A stretch of DNA of 64,000 nucleotides from an uncultured Chloroflexia bacterium (GTDB lineage Bacteria; Chloroflexota; Anaerolineae; JAAYZQ01), in NCBI GenBank assembly GCA_963700285.1, contig CAVOXA010000010.1:1760001-1824000 (forward strand), given 5' to 3'. The notes below the pieces were generated by a model. That model saw only the letters and a program-made list of their open reading frames with translations, did not search any database and was not told the DNA's origin. Every line of letters starts with the position of its first letter. The stretch's first letter is position 1. Both the position numbers and the translations under genes were made by a program. This document shows positions 20,059-30,225 of this stretch, in pieces.

Positions 20059-23000
20059 TTGTCTCTTCTCTCGATCCAGTTATTCGGTACCGTTCGTGTG
20101 ACCCTCAAGGGTGAGCCAGTCACGCGCTTCGAATCGGACAAGGCGCGGGCACTGCTTACCTATCTGGCCGTCGAAGCGGACCGCGCCCACCAACGAGAGA
20201 AGCTGGCCGGTATGCTGTGGCCGGAGTCGACCGAACAGGTGGCCCGCGCCTATCTGCGGCGCCTGTTGGTCAACGTGCGCCAGGCTATCGGCGACTATGA
20301 GGCCGATCCCCCACCTCTACATATCACCCGGCAGACGATCCAGTTCAACGTGCTCAGCGACGCTTGGGTCGACGTCACAGCCTTCCTCAGGCTGGTGCAC
20401 ACCCGGGGACTGACAGACCAAGAGACCGTCCAGCAACTGGAGGACGCGGTCCAGCTCAACCGCGGGGGTTTCCTTGAGGGCTTTTCCCTGGCGGGCAGCC
20501 CGGCCTTCGAGGAGTGGGCGCTACTCAACCGGGAGCATCTCCATCGCCTGGTGATGGACGCCCTGCGCCGTCTGGCTGAGCGATACGAGAGGCAGGGGGA
20601 GTTTGGGCGAGCGTTGCCGCACGCCTGGCGGCAGGTGGAACTCGACCCCTGGCGGGAACAGGCGCACCTGCAGGTGATGCGGCTGCTGGCGCTTAACGGC
20701 CAGCGCGGGGCATCCCTGGCGCAGTATGAAGCCTGCCGCCGGCTACTACGAGACGAACTCGGCGTCCAGCCCTCTGCGGAGACGACCGAGCTCTACGAAG
20801 CCATCCGCAAAGGTGAGTTGATCGCGCGAACCATGGAGCAGCCAGACGACAGAGCATGGTCATCATTCAAGCCGCCTGCCCCGCTGTACAATCTGCCGTC
20901 GCAGGCTACACCCCTTTTTGGTCGGAAAACGGAGTTGGCCGCTCTGGAGGCTCTCCTGGCTGGCGCTGCGGTACGCCTGGTCACGATCACAGGTCCGGGT
21001 GGCATCGGCAAGACGCGGCTGGCGCTGGCAGCCGGTGCCCTCCTCTCCGAAGATCAGCGCGCCGCACGGGCCGGACAGCCTGCCCCCGGTTTCCCTCACG
21101 GCATTGTCTTTGTGCCGCTGGCCCCTTTGGCTCTGCCTGAAGATCTTGCCCCCGCGATCGCCCAGTCCCTTGGACTGACCCTGCAGAGAGGTCAGGACCA
21201 GCTCCTCGACTCCTTGCGTCATAGGCAGCTTCTCCTCATCCTGGACAGCTTTGAGCACCTCTTGACAGGCATTGACTTGCTGATTGACATCATGCGCGCT
21301 GCGCCCGGCGTCAAGCTCCTGGTTACATCCCGCGAGCAGCTTCAGTTGCAGGGCGAGCACCTGTTTCCGATCCAGGGTTTGACGTACCCAGGACAGGACC
21401 CCACGCCATCTGTCCTTGCAGACATGGATGTGGGCGCTTACGCGGCGGCCTACCCGGCCATCAAGCTGTTCGTCGAGACTGTGCACCGCGTCCAGCCAGG
21501 ATTCGAGTTCTGTCCAGACGATGCGGTCGTTGTGACGCGCATCTGCCGCCTCGTGGAGGGCATGCCTCTGGCGCTGGAATTGGCCGCGTCGTGGGCTAAT
21601 AGCCTCTCCCTGGGCGAGATCCTGGCCGAGGCGCGGCAAAGCTTGGACTTCTTGCAGGTGGAATGGCACGATGTTCCCGAGCGGCAGCGCAGCATGCGGG
21701 CCGTGTTTGAGGCCTCGTGGCAGCGGCTCAACGAGGCGGAGCAGGTTGTGTTCTGCCAACTTTCTGTGTTTCGGGGCGGCTTCACGCGGGAAGCCGCCGG
21801 GCAGGTGGTGATAGGGGCCGAAGCTAGCCCCCAGCGACTGGCGACGCTGGTCCGCAAGTCGTTTCTGCAGCACTATCCGGCTGAGTCGCGCTACCAGATC
21901 CGTGAACTGCTGCGCCAATACGGGGCCGAGAAGCTGGCACACGATCCAACTCTTGAGGAAGCGGTGCGTGACGAGCACAGCCGCTATTACTGCGACCTGT
22001 TGGGCCAGCAGGAGATGGGCATCAAGGCTGGAGTGCTGCACGAGATCATGCATGCAATTCAGGGCGACATTGAGAATGTACGTGCTGGCTGCATGTGGGC
22101 TGCTACTGAGGGGCCGCTACAGCGACTCGAGCAAGCAGTCAACCCCCTGGGCTGGTTCTACTACCGGGGATATGCCAGTTTCCAGCAGGGAGAGATCACC
22201 TTCGAGCGCCTTGGCGACGCGTTGGCCGCGGCCGAGACCAGGCCGCCGTCAGGCACACCCCCGCAGCGCACAATGGCCAGAATCCTGGCCTGGCGATCCC
22301 TTTTCCGTACGTATGCATATGACCTGCAGACTAGCGAGCGCCTGCTCGATGAGAGCCGGGCGCAGCTCGATGGCCTAGCTCTGGCTGATGAGGACACCGT
22401 GTTTGAGCGGGCCCTCATCTCCAACCAGTCTGGCTACAACTATCTTTATGCCGACCCCACAAAGGCCCGGCGGCTTTATGCCGAAGCCCTCAAACTCTAT
22501 CGACAGATTGGCCACAAGCTGGGCATGGCCGATGCTCTGTTGGCTGTGGGTCGCGCTGATGCCAGACTGGGTGCGCTGGAGGAGGCGCGAGAAGCCATGA
22601 CCCAGAGCGTCTCTCTATGCCGGGACATGGGCGACCTGGTGAGGGAAAGCGAGTCGGTGGCAGAACTGGGGGCTGTGGTAGCCCTAAGGCAATTCCGGTT
22701 TCAAGAGGCGGAAGACCTGATACGGCAGAGCCTGACTCTCGCGCCAGAGACAAACCGCCACGGCGCCGCCTATGGACTGGCAAGTCTCTGCGGTGTGCAA
22801 CTCCTCACCGGCCAGCTCGTTGAGGCTGAAACCACCGCAACCCAGGGCATCGCTCTCTGGGAGGATCTGGGCTTGCGGGTGTGGATTCTTAGAACTTCGT
22901 TTGTCCTCGCCCGGGCCTGCCTGCATGCTGGAGAGTATCGCGCGGCTCGCGACCAGGCAGAGGCTATGGTTTCGCTGGCCCGCGAAATCAGTTGGGTCCG

Positions 23001-23538
23001 GGGCGTCAGCTACGGGAAGATCGTGCTCGGCGAGGTGGCGCTGGCCAGATCCGCCTTTGCTCAATCATACCAGATCCTGCAAGAAAGCGGGACCGATCTG
23101 AAGCAGGCCTCCGCTGATCCGTGGGACGTAAACCCGTCAGCCTGGCTGGGCCTGGCAGCCCGGGGCCTTGAGCGGGAACCGGAGGCGTGGCGACATCTCA
23201 GCACCGCCCTGGAATGGGCAGGCCGCAATCACCAATTCTATGAACTGATGGTTGCCCTGGCGGGCATTGCGCTCCTGCTGGCCGACGAGGGAGAGGCCGA
23301 ACGAGCGATGGAGCTGTATGCCCTGGCGTCGCGCTATCCCTTCGTGGCGAATTCGCATTGGTTTGAGGACGTTGTCGGACGGCACATCGCAGCCGTCGCC
23401 GCCACCCTACACCCGCAAGCTGCGGCGGCTGCCCAGGAACGCGGCCGGGGCCGGGACCTGGTGGCCACAGTGGGGGAGCTCCTGGTCGAGTTGGGGCGGA
23501 ATGCATCTCCGCCACTTTGCGGCGAATCGCCGGCCTAG
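20059..23538 (+). CDS. AfsR/SARP-like regulator (wHTH-BTAD-ATPase-TPR)
   Basis: KARALLTYLA, REKLAGMLWPE, LDPWREQAH, GPGGIGKTRLA, GMPLALELAA, TPR-like C-terminus. Confidence 0.9.
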   Translation: MSLLSIQLFGTVRVTLKGEPVTRFESDKARALLTYLAVEADRAHQREKLAGMLWPESTEQVARAYLRRLLVNVRQAIGDYEADPPPLHITRQTIQFNVLSDAWVDVTAFLRLVHTRGLTDQETVQQLEDAVQLNRGGFLEGFSLAGSPAFEEWALLNREHLHRLVMDALRRLAERYERQGEFGRALPHAWRQVELDPWREQAHLQVMRLLALNGQRGASLAQYEACRRLLRDELGVQPSAETTELYEAIRKGELIARTMEQPDDRAWSSFKPPAPLYNLPSQATPLFGRKTELAALEALLAGAAVRLVTITGPGGIGKTRLALAAGALLSEDQRAARAGQPAPGFPHGIVFVPLAPLALPEDLAPAIAQSLGLTLQRGQDQLLDSLRHRQLLLILDSFEHLLTGIDLLIDIMRAAPGVKLLVTSREQLQLQGEHLFPIQGLTYPGQDPTPSVLADMDVGAYAAAYPAIKLFVETVHRVQPGFEFCPDDAVVVTRICRLVEGMPLALELAASWANSLSLGEILAEARQSLDFLQVEWHDVPERQRSMRAVFEASWQRLNEAEQVVFCQLSVFRGGFTREAAGQVVIGAEASPQRLATLVRKSFLQHYPAESRYQIRELLRQYGAEKLAHDPTLEEAVRDEHSRYYCDLLGQQEMGIKAGVLHEIMHAIQGDIENVRAGCMWAATEGPLQRLEQAVNPLGWFYYRGYASFQQGEITFERLGDALAAAETRPPSGTPPQRTMARILAWRSLFRTYAYDLQTSERLLDESRAQLDGLALADEDTVFERALISNQSGYNYLYADPTKARRLYAEALKLYRQIGHKLGMADALLAVGRADARLGALEEAREAMTQSVSLCRDMGDLVRESESVAELGAVVALRQFRFQEAEDLIRQSLTLAPETNRHGAAYGLASLCGVQLLTGQLVEAETTATQGIALWEDLGLRVWILRTSFVLARACLHAGEYRAARDQAEAMVSLAREISWVRGVSYGKIVLGEVALARSAFAQSYQILQESGTDLKQASADPWDVNPSAWLGLAARGLEREPEAWRHLSTALEWAGRNHQFYELMVALAGIALLLADEGEAERAMELYALASRYPFVANSHWFEDVVGRHIAAVAATLHPQAAAAAQERGRGRDLVATVGELLVELGRNASPPLCGESPA

Positions 23539-23671
23539 TGTTGGAGGATCGCTGGAGGGAGAGCCTGCACGAGACATCATGTGTCATCTGGCAGGTTCGC
23601 AGCCATCTCTTTGGTCGGTGCAGTCTGAACGTTCTCGTCAGCTGTGGTACATCTGGCTCAAGAGAGTTCAA

Positions 23672-23720
23672 GCCCCGCAAGGGTGGCGACATGGCGTGCG
23701 TTCGAGGTCCCTTGGGGGCA
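23672..23720 (+). repeat. Site R2 (intact, 49 bp)
   Basis: GCCCCGCAAGGGTGGCGACATGGCGTGCGTTCGAGGTCCCTTGGGGGCA. Confidence 0.92.
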
Positions 23721-23995
23721 TTTTGGTCGCCAGTTAGGACGACATAATAGGAGGAAGAGGTCGGACTCAGGACTTGGGTGCGACCTTTTTCGATCATGGT
23801 TAAGTTCGTCTGATGACGGCCGGAGCTATCCAATGCGCCGGGAGGAATAATGTTGCTTGTCTCGCCGAAGCCTAGTTGAGCATCACAATACGCGCTCATT
23901 ACTTGACCTAAAGAGGATTGTCATCTATACTAGCTCTTGAGGGCACTCGAGTAGGAATACGGACAGATTACCGTTATGCCAAGGAGACGACCCGC

Positions 23996-24628
23996 ATGAA
24001 TCAAATGCCATTCTGCCGCATCGGTGTCTTCTATGACGGTTCGTACTTTAACTATGCACAGAGATACTTCTATTTCCAGCGCAAGCTGGGCTGGCTGGGT
24101 TTCCGACCCTTCCACACTCTCATTGAGAGCTATGTCCGCGCCAAGGAGCAGGGCTACAGCAATTACCGAGTCGTCTATGCTTCTTGGTTTCAGGGGCTAT
24201 TTCCGAGTGGTGGTGCCACCGAGCAGCAACTGAGGTTTGACCGCAACCTAAACCACGATCTGCTGCATGCCGGCATTATGCCCATGTACTTGCCAGTCTC
24301 ACAATCAGGGCAAGCAGAAAAGGGGACTGATGTGGCCTTGGCAATTGACGCACTTCAAATCGGGCTGGAAGACAAGATTGATATAGCGGTGCTTGTCAGC
24401 GGTGATGGAGATCTTGTTCCACTGGTACGAGCGCTCATGAAACAGGGCATCAGAGTGATGGCAGCCTACTTCGATTATGAAGAGGGAGAACACAAAAGCT
24501 TCATCAATGAGCGCCTACTTTCTGTCTGCAACTACGATCTGAACGTCAACCAACTTGAGACCGACAAGGATTTCAAGGCAGTCTTCAAGGGTTTGTTCAG
24601 GAAGCCGGAAGCCGACATTGCGACTTGA
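23996..24628 (+). CDS. NYN domain (PIN-like) protein
   Basis: VFYDGSY, EKGTDVALA, LVSGDGDLVP. Confidence 0.88.
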   Translation: MNQMPFCRIGVFYDGSYFNYAQRYFYFQRKLGWLGFRPFHTLIESYVRAKEQGYSNYRVVYASWFQGLFPSGGATEQQLRFDRNLNHDLLHAGIMPMYLPVSQSGQAEKGTDVALAIDALQIGLEDKIDIAVLVSGDGDLVPLVRALMKQGIRVMAAYFDYEEGEHKSFINERLLSVCNYDLNVNQLETDKDFKAVFKGLFRKPEADIAT

Positions 24629-24933
24629 GGAGTGAACCAGCAGACATGTGGCATGTACTACCGCCCGCGGAATATCGGCTCACTGACCATGCTCGGTTCG
24701 AGATGGAACGCCGCGGGATCTCGGAGGCAGAGATTGCACGGGTCCTTTCTGCGCCAGGGCAGTCTGATCTGGTTCGACCAGGGAGGGTGGTCTACCAGTC
24801 GCAAATGGAGTTCGAGGAACCTGGAAGGATCTACCTACTACGCGTCTTTGTGGATATTGATCGGCAGCCAGCGGAGGTCGTCACAGCCTACCGCACGAGC
24901 AAGGTCGAGAAGTACTGGAAGAGTGAACCATGA
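24625..24933 (+). CDS. DUF4258 protein, putative RelE-like toxin
   Basis: LTDHARFEMERRGIS...VVTAY; start uncertain. Confidence 0.75.
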   Translation: MRSEPADMWHVLPPAEYRLTDHARFEMERRGISEAEIARVLSAPGQSDLVRPGRVVYQSQMEFEEPGRIYLLRVFVDIDRQPAEVVTAYRTSKVEKYWKSEP

Positions 24934-25136
24934 GAGTACGATATGACAGCGAGACAGACACCCTGACTGTCATCTTTGCCGATTCGCCTGTGGCCGAGAG
25001 TGACGAGGACAAGCCTGGCACCATTCTGGACTACGATGTGTCGGGCAATCTGGTATCCATAGAGATTCTCGATGCATCACGGAGGGTGGGGCTGCCCACG
25101 CAAATCGAGTATCAAGTGATGCCAGTTGGTGCGTAG
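24930..25136 (+). CDS. DUF2283 protein, putative antitoxin
   Basis: MRVRYDSETDTL...ILDYDVSGNLVSIEILDAS; ATGA overlap. Confidence 0.85.
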   Translation: MRVRYDSETDTLTVIFADSPVAESDEDKPGTILDYDVSGNLVSIEILDASRRVGLPTQIEYQVMPVGA

Positions 25137-25257
25137 CCAAAGGCCATCATAGGCGCGGCGAAGGGATCATCCTGCTGTCTTGGGGCGTCGACCACTGACC
25201 GGCATGGCGCTGCTCAGGTAGATGAGCACCTTGGGTTGGTTTTCCCACAAGCTCTCA

Positions 25258-25301
25258 GTCCCGCAAGGGTGGCGACATGGTGTGCGTTCGAGGTCCCTTG
25301 G
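25258..25301 (+). repeat. Site R3, left part (split by IS110; remainder 26937-26941)
   Basis: GTCCCGCAAGGGTGGCGACATGGTGTGCGTTCGAGGTCCCTTGG. Confidence 0.9.
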
Positions 25302-25461
25302 ACACGCTTTGTCAAGTCCCGCTGTATCCGATGCGCAGGCGCAAACGACGCGGCGATTTACGATAATTGCACCGCGCTTCTGGTACCAACCTTTCCTGGT
25401 GAGCCTTTGACTTGCCAAGTCTTCGAACCCCTACAACGGATTCAGGTACACTTCTGTAGAG

Positions 25462-26676
25462 TTAGGATCTAGGCCGGCGACGCTGAGCACGTTGTTGGAT
25501 GTGGTAAGACTCGTCGTAGGCCTTGCGGTCTTGCCACATCTTCCAGATGATGGCCAGCCAACGATTGGCTAGCCGGCGGTAGGCATCTGAGTCAGAGCGA
25601 CAGCGGGGACGGGCATCGCGCCAGTAAGCCAGTGCCCAGCCCGACTGCCGCACTGAGGCCTTGGCGAACTGCTGGGTAATGCGCCGGAATTCGCGATCGC
25701 AGCCGCGCCGGAAGATGACGACCTTCCGTTTGCCGCTCTGCTTGGTGACGGGGCAGGTGCCGGCCAGGGCCTGAACGCTGGCCGGAGTAGGAAAGCGATC
25801 CCGGTGATCGCCGAACTTAGCCAGGAGCCCTGGTGCCAGCAGCTCCCCTGCACCAGGCAGAGAATCAAAGATGAACGAGTCGGGGTGTTGTGAGAAGAGC
25901 TGGGCCAAGGATGAGCGGGCTTCCGTGCGACGGAGTACCTGGGGCAGGAGCAGTTCCGCCAAGATGCGAACCTGGTCACGATAGGCTGCCACCGCGATGG
26001 GGTTGGCTTCTGGGGCGGGTTCCATCAAGTGAGCATAACGTCGCGAGATGAGATTCGCCCGGCCATACCGATGTTCTCGACAGAAAGCCTCAAAAGCAGC
26101 TCGAGTCAGGCCTTGGGCTTCCTGGGCCGTAGGATAGGCCATGAGGAAGTGGAGGTTGATCTGGGCCGTGAGTTTCCCGAATAGGCCCAGAGCTTGGGGA
26201 TAGATGCGGAACAGGACGGCCCGTAGTTGGTTGGTCTGCCGCTGGATGGAGCGGCGGAGGAGGTCGATGAGCCGCACTTGAGCCAAGATCTGTTGGGTCA
26301 GGGCAGAGTTGGGTTGCAGACGGCGATGGCTATCCAGGTCGGTGTGGAGGATACTGGACAGGAGAGCGGCATCGGTATCATCGGTATGGGCGTCGGTGCT
26401 CCGCTGGCGATTGCGGTAGCCTTTCGTGGCTTGGGGTGGGATGAGATAGACGGGGTAGCCGCGGTCGAGTAAGAAATCGACCAGCAAGTTGTAGGCGGTC
26501 TCGATGGCGACCAAACACTCGCTGGGAGGCACACCCAACTTGCGCCGTTCGTCGTCGAAGCGCTGGAAACCTTCCAGGGTGTGTTTGAATTCGACCTGGC
26601 TCACGATGGCACCTTTGTCATTGCGAATGCACAGGTTATGATGCTGTTCACTCCAGTCAATCCCGAACTTGAACAT
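25462..26676 (-). CDS. IS110 transposase (DEDD recombinase)
   Basis: Near-identical to copy 1 protein. Confidence 0.93.
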   Translation of the reverse strand: MFKFGIDWSEQHHNLCIRNDKGAIVSQVEFKHTLEGFQRFDDERRKLGVPPSECLVAIETAYNLLVDFLLDRGYPVYLIPPQATKGYRNRQRSTDAHTDDTDAALLSSILHTDLDSHRRLQPNSALTQQILAQVRLIDLLRRSIQRQTNQLRAVLFRIYPQALGLFGKLTAQINLHFLMAYPTAQEAQGLTRAAFEAFCREHRYGRANLISRRYAHLMEPAPEANPIAVAAYRDQVRILAELLLPQVLRRTEARSSLAQLFSQHPDSFIFDSLPGAGELLAPGLLAKFGDHRDRFPTPASVQALAGTCPVTKQSGKRKVVIFRRGCDREFRRITQQFAKASVRQSGWALAYWRDARPRCRSDSDAYRRLANRWLAIIWKMWQDRKAYDESYHIQQRAQRRRPRS

Positions 26677-26712
26677 TGAACGCCTCCTTCGGGTTCTTTG
26701 TGCCCATCGGAG

Positions 26713-26903
26713 CATGCGGACCACCGTGTTCCTATTATGGCGCTCGTAGCGCAGCACGCTTTCGACAGTGCCGTCCGGCTAGCCCGGGGGGACCATCCAA
26801 GGGTGGCGCTCGCGGCGCTGGGGGCACGCGGTCCTCTGATCCCGGGCGAGTCTCCGATGGGGTCAGCCTGGCAAGTGGCTGCTCACCGCTTCCAGTCTAC
26901 CCC
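26713..26903 (-). ncRNA. Predicted IS110 bridge RNA, copy 2 (boundaries approximate)
   Basis: Guides at 26731-37, 26755-62, 26797-803, 26820-26 identical to copy 1. Confidence 0.8.
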
Positions 26904-26975
26904 ATCGGTTGACTCCATACAAGTATAGCTAATAGGGGGCATAGCGAGTTATCGATAAATCGATCTCAGTAGCAG

Positions 26976-27004
26976 AGGACCGGCTCAGATGGCCGGTCCT
27001 TTTG
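26976..27004 (+). terminator. Intrinsic terminator after R3
   Basis: AGGACCGGC/GCCGGTCCT followed by TTTT. Confidence 0.75.
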
Positions 27005-27124
27005 TTCCCAAGGCCCGCAACACCGCTGCCCGATCTGGACAAATCTTGGTTTCTAGGCGATAATGTGTGCATATGGTTCAGGATTTTTGTGTTTTTTGCA
27101 CACATGAGGAACACCTCTGAAGAG

Positions 27125-27706
27125 ATGCCAGACCATAATGCACTATACCAAACTGCCGAGCAGCAGGCAGGGTACTTTACTGCGGCACAGGCCAGGAAGG
27201 CCGGCTTCAGTTCGTCGTTGCTTTCCTACCACCTGGATACCGGTCGCTTTGCCCGGGTGAGGCCACGCGTTTACCGTCTTGTCCAGTTCCCGGCTTCGCC
27301 CCACGAGGATCTGTACGTGGCCTGGCTGCAAGCCGGCCCCGACGCCGTCATCTCCCACGACAGCGCCCTGGCGCTGTATGATCTTTCGGATCTCCTTCCC
27401 GATCAGATCCACATCACGGTGCCACGGACGGCCTCACGACGGCGACAGGGGCTCCGGCTGCACACCAAGCACCTGGCTCAGGAGGAGGTGACCCGCTACG
27501 AAGGGCTGCCCGTCACCACTGTGCTGCGGACGCTGGTCGATGTTGCTGGCGCCGGTTTGGCCGACGAACAGGTTCAGCAGGCCATCCGGGAGGCCCTACG
27601 CCGCGGGCTGGTGACTCGAGAGAGCCTGCTCCGGCTAGCTGCCTGTCGCAGGATCCGGCTCGGACGACTCATCGAGGAGACACTGCACAAAGGGGAGCAT
27701 CGATGA
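27125..27706 (+). CDS. Type IV TA antitoxin, AbiEi family
   Basis: AEQQAGYFTAAQA, ISHDSALALY, PVTTVLRTLVD. Confidence 0.88.
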   Translation: MPDHNALYQTAEQQAGYFTAAQARKAGFSSSLLSYHLDTGRFARVRPRVYRLVQFPASPHEDLYVAWLQAGPDAVISHDSALALYDLSDLLPDQIHITVPRTASRRRQGLRLHTKHLAQEEVTRYEGLPVTTVLRTLVDVAGAGLADEQVQQAIREALRRGLVTRESLLRLAACRRIRLGRLIEETLHKGEHR

Positions 27707-28590
27707 ACTACGACAGTGGTGCAAGCTTTCGCCGAGCCCTGGAGGATCGACTGCGCTCTCAGAGCCTGCAAACCGGAGCGCCCCTGGTCCGGCTACGCAA
27801 GATGGTCGCCTTTGACCGTTTCCTGGTGCGGCTCGTACAGGACCAGCCCAATGCCTGGGTGCTCAAAGGTGGGCTGGCCCTGCAACTGCGACTTGGAGAG
27901 AGGGCTCGGACGACGAAAGACATCGATGTGCTTCTGCTTACTCCTCATGAGGATGTTCATCAGTCATTGGTCCGCGCCGCCCTGTTGGATCTGGGAGATT
28001 GGTTCCAGTTCCAGGTGGAACGGTCCCCGGCTGAGGTGCCTGCCGAACCGGTCGGCGGAGTGCGCTTTCAGGTGCAGGGCCTGCTCGACAGGCGGCGCTT
28101 CGAGACCTTTCACATAGACGTCGGGTGGGGGGATCGACTGCTTGATACGGTGGAAACCCTGGTCACGCCGGCACTGCTGGCCTTTGCTAACATCCCACCA
28201 ACCGAGGTCCCCAGTTATCCATTGCCGCAGCAGATTGCTGAAAAAGTCCATGCCTACACGCGGCCGCGTGCCACTGGCGAAGGTAGCCGAGTGAAAGACA
28301 TGGTCGACATCCTGTTGATCGCCGAGCTCAGACCAATGCACGGACAGGCTTTGGCCCAGGCACTCCAGGCAACGTTCGACACACGCACAACCCACGCGTT
28401 GCCCTTGCACCTGCCCAATCCGCCATCCACCTGGGCTGCACCCTTTCGCAGGCTCGCCGAGGAAACCGGCCTGGGTTATCAAACGCTCACTGGTGCCAGT
28501 GAAGCTGCCCGGCGTTTCCTCGATCCTGTCCTACGAGGCGAAACATTCGGGCTATGGGATCCAATGACGTGGTCCTGGCAGCCACTGTGA
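27703..28590 (+). CDS. Type IV TA toxin, AbiEii nucleotidyltransferase
   Basis: WVLKGGLAL, RTTKDID, IAEKVHA, SRVKDMVD. Confidence 0.9.
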   Translation: MNYDSGASFRRALEDRLRSQSLQTGAPLVRLRKMVAFDRFLVRLVQDQPNAWVLKGGLALQLRLGERARTTKDIDVLLLTPHEDVHQSLVRAALLDLGDWFQFQVERSPAEVPAEPVGGVRFQVQGLLDRRRFETFHIDVGWGDRLLDTVETLVTPALLAFANIPPTEVPSYPLPQQIAEKVHAYTRPRATGEGSRVKDMVDILLIAELRPMHGQALAQALQATFDTRTTHALPLHLPNPPSTWAAPFRRLAEETGLGYQTLTGASEAARRFLDPVLRGETFGLWDPMTWSWQPL

Positions 28591-28610
28591 TTGACGAGCG
28601 CGATGCGATA

Positions 28611-30029
28611 GAGTATCCCTTTCGGTGGAAATTCACCGAGCGCGTTGGGCAACGTGGAATTCGTGGGTCTCCTGTGCGAGCATGGCATTGATGCCGGTCT
28701 CCGAATGATAGGCATTGGCCGCGCGCGTTCGGCAGCGGAGTCTACGATTGAAGCGTTCCAGGCGACTGGTTGCGCGCAGATGCTTGCGTTCCCAGTTGGG
28801 GAATTCTTGCTCCAGGGCAAAGTAGGTGACGGTCAAGCGGAAGTCGCGACGCAAAGTTGCGATCGCCTGAGGTTGTGTGTCGCGGTGGGTGCGAACGACT
28901 TTGAGATAGCGGCGCAGCATGGTTTGGTAGCGCCGGGCCTCCCATATCTGCCGAAAGTCTTGAAAGACCTTCTTGCGATGTCGTCGGCGCTGCTTGTCAG
29001 AGAGGTTCTCTGGTGTGCAGATCGCCTTGTAGATGTTGCGGAGCTTGTGGAAAAGGCACCGTTGCTGCTCAGCGTCAAACCAGACGGTTTGTAAGGCAGA
29101 ACAGAGTCCCTTGCCACCATCGTGGATGATGAGTTCCAAGCCGTTCTGACCACAGATGCCTTGGGCTTCCAATATCTCGAGGAATTTGACCCACTCTTCA
29201 GCGCTTTCACCTTCGCCGAGCCGCCAGAGAAGGATCTCGCAGCGGTCGCTGTCAGGCCAGACACCCATGGCGATCATGATGGGGCACTTGAATCGCCCCT
29301 TGACCGGTCGTCTGCGGCCTTTGCGGTCACGACGTACCTCGCCGTTGGCGCGGAGGAGGGTCACCCAGATGGCATCCACCTGCAAGATGGGCGGCACGTC
29401 CTCCACCTCGCGGTTGGGATCGAGGTTCTGGAGCTGATGCAGACGATTGTTCAGCGTTCGCAGGGCTAGCGGGCCGATGCGCATCTGTTCCAGCTCCCTG
29501 CGCATCTGTCGCAGGCTGATGGCCAAGGCGCCCCATCGTTGAATCTGGATATCCACATCATCCCAGAGCCGTTGATAGGGGCACAACAAGCCATCGAAGT
29601 CGATGTGAACACTTCCTCCGCATGCACACCGGACACGAGGCAGGTAGATGGCCAAGGGACCCCACCCTGTGAGCAAGTGCCGTTGCCGAAACCCATTGCG
29701 ACTGAAGCGATGGCTGGCTTTCGACCCGCAGCGACAACACTTACCTTCTCGACGCAGGCGTCTTGGCACTTTTTTCCGTCGTCGGTGGTAGGGGCGGCCA
29801 ACAACATGGCAAACAATGGCTACGAGTAGCTCTATGAATCGAAGCTCCATGGTCTGCTGGAGAGTCCCTTCTGCTTCCAGTATTGATTCCTTGAGCAAGT
29901 CTCGGGCGTTGACAAGAGTACAACTTTCGGGTATCTTAACCATGGAGCGGCCTCCTCGTAGCTTGGTTTCAGCAACCTTGGCTTACATGGAGTCCGCTCC
30001 AATGCCAATTTCCACCGAGTTGTATACAC
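28611..30029 (-). mobile_element. IS256-like insertion sequence
   Basis: Imperfect 23-bp TIRs GAGTATCCCTTTCGGTGGAAATT / GTGTATACAACTCGGTGGAAATT; no clear TSD. Confidence 0.7.
28633..29943 (-). CDS. DDE transposase, IS256/mutator-like
   Basis: QVDAIW, IIHDGGKGL, QRCLFHKLRN, TSRLERFNRRLR. Confidence 0.85.
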   Translation of the reverse strand: MVKIPESCTLVNARDLLKESILEAEGTLQQTMELRFIELLVAIVCHVVGRPYHRRRKKVPRRLRREGKCCRCGSKASHRFSRNGFRQRHLLTGWGPLAIYLPRVRCACGGSVHIDFDGLLCPYQRLWDDVDIQIQRWGALAISLRQMRRELEQMRIGPLALRTLNNRLHQLQNLDPNREVEDVPPILQVDAIWVTLLRANGEVRRDRKGRRRPVKGRFKCPIMIAMGVWPDSDRCEILLWRLGEGESAEEWVKFLEILEAQGICGQNGLELIIHDGGKGLCSALQTVWFDAEQQRCLFHKLRNIYKAICTPENLSDKQRRRHRKKVFQDFRQIWEARRYQTMLRRYLKVVRTHRDTQPQAIATLRRDFRLTVTYFALEQEFPNWERKHLRATSRLERFNRRLRCRTRAANAYHSETGINAMLAQETHEFHVAQRAR

Positions 30030-30140
30030 TACCCTCACGCTAACGTGTTTGCTCTCACTGCGAATCTGTGCTATACTGTGGCCGATATCAAGAATCGCGC
30101 CTCCAAGAAAAGATTCCGTGACAGGTTTTTGGTAAGTATC

Positions 30141-30167
30141 CCCTTGGGGGCACACATGTCGCCACTT
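30141..30167 (+). repeat. Site R4: core plus inverted right arm, no left arm
   Basis: CCCTTGGGGGCA-CA-CATGTCGCCACTT. Confidence 0.75.
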
Positions 30168-30184
30168 TATGTAACTATGGCAAC

Positions 30185-30225
30185 CAAGAGGGATCGATTC
30201 CAGTACCAGGAATCGATCCCTCTTG
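30185..30225 (+). terminator. Long hairpin after R4
   Basis: CAAGAGGGATCGATTCC / GGAATCGATCCCTCTTG. Confidence 0.7.

Larger units (their letters stand above)
25302..26936 (-). mobile_element. IS110-family element, copy 2
   Basis: Same ends and same insertion point in the core as copy 1. Confidence 0.92.

Noticed and set aside
16585-26936. IS110 as the enzyme that builds the cassette array
   Set aside because: Its donor guides match its own ends, not the cassette arm. It looks like a parasite of the sites, though a role in trans cannot be fully excluded.
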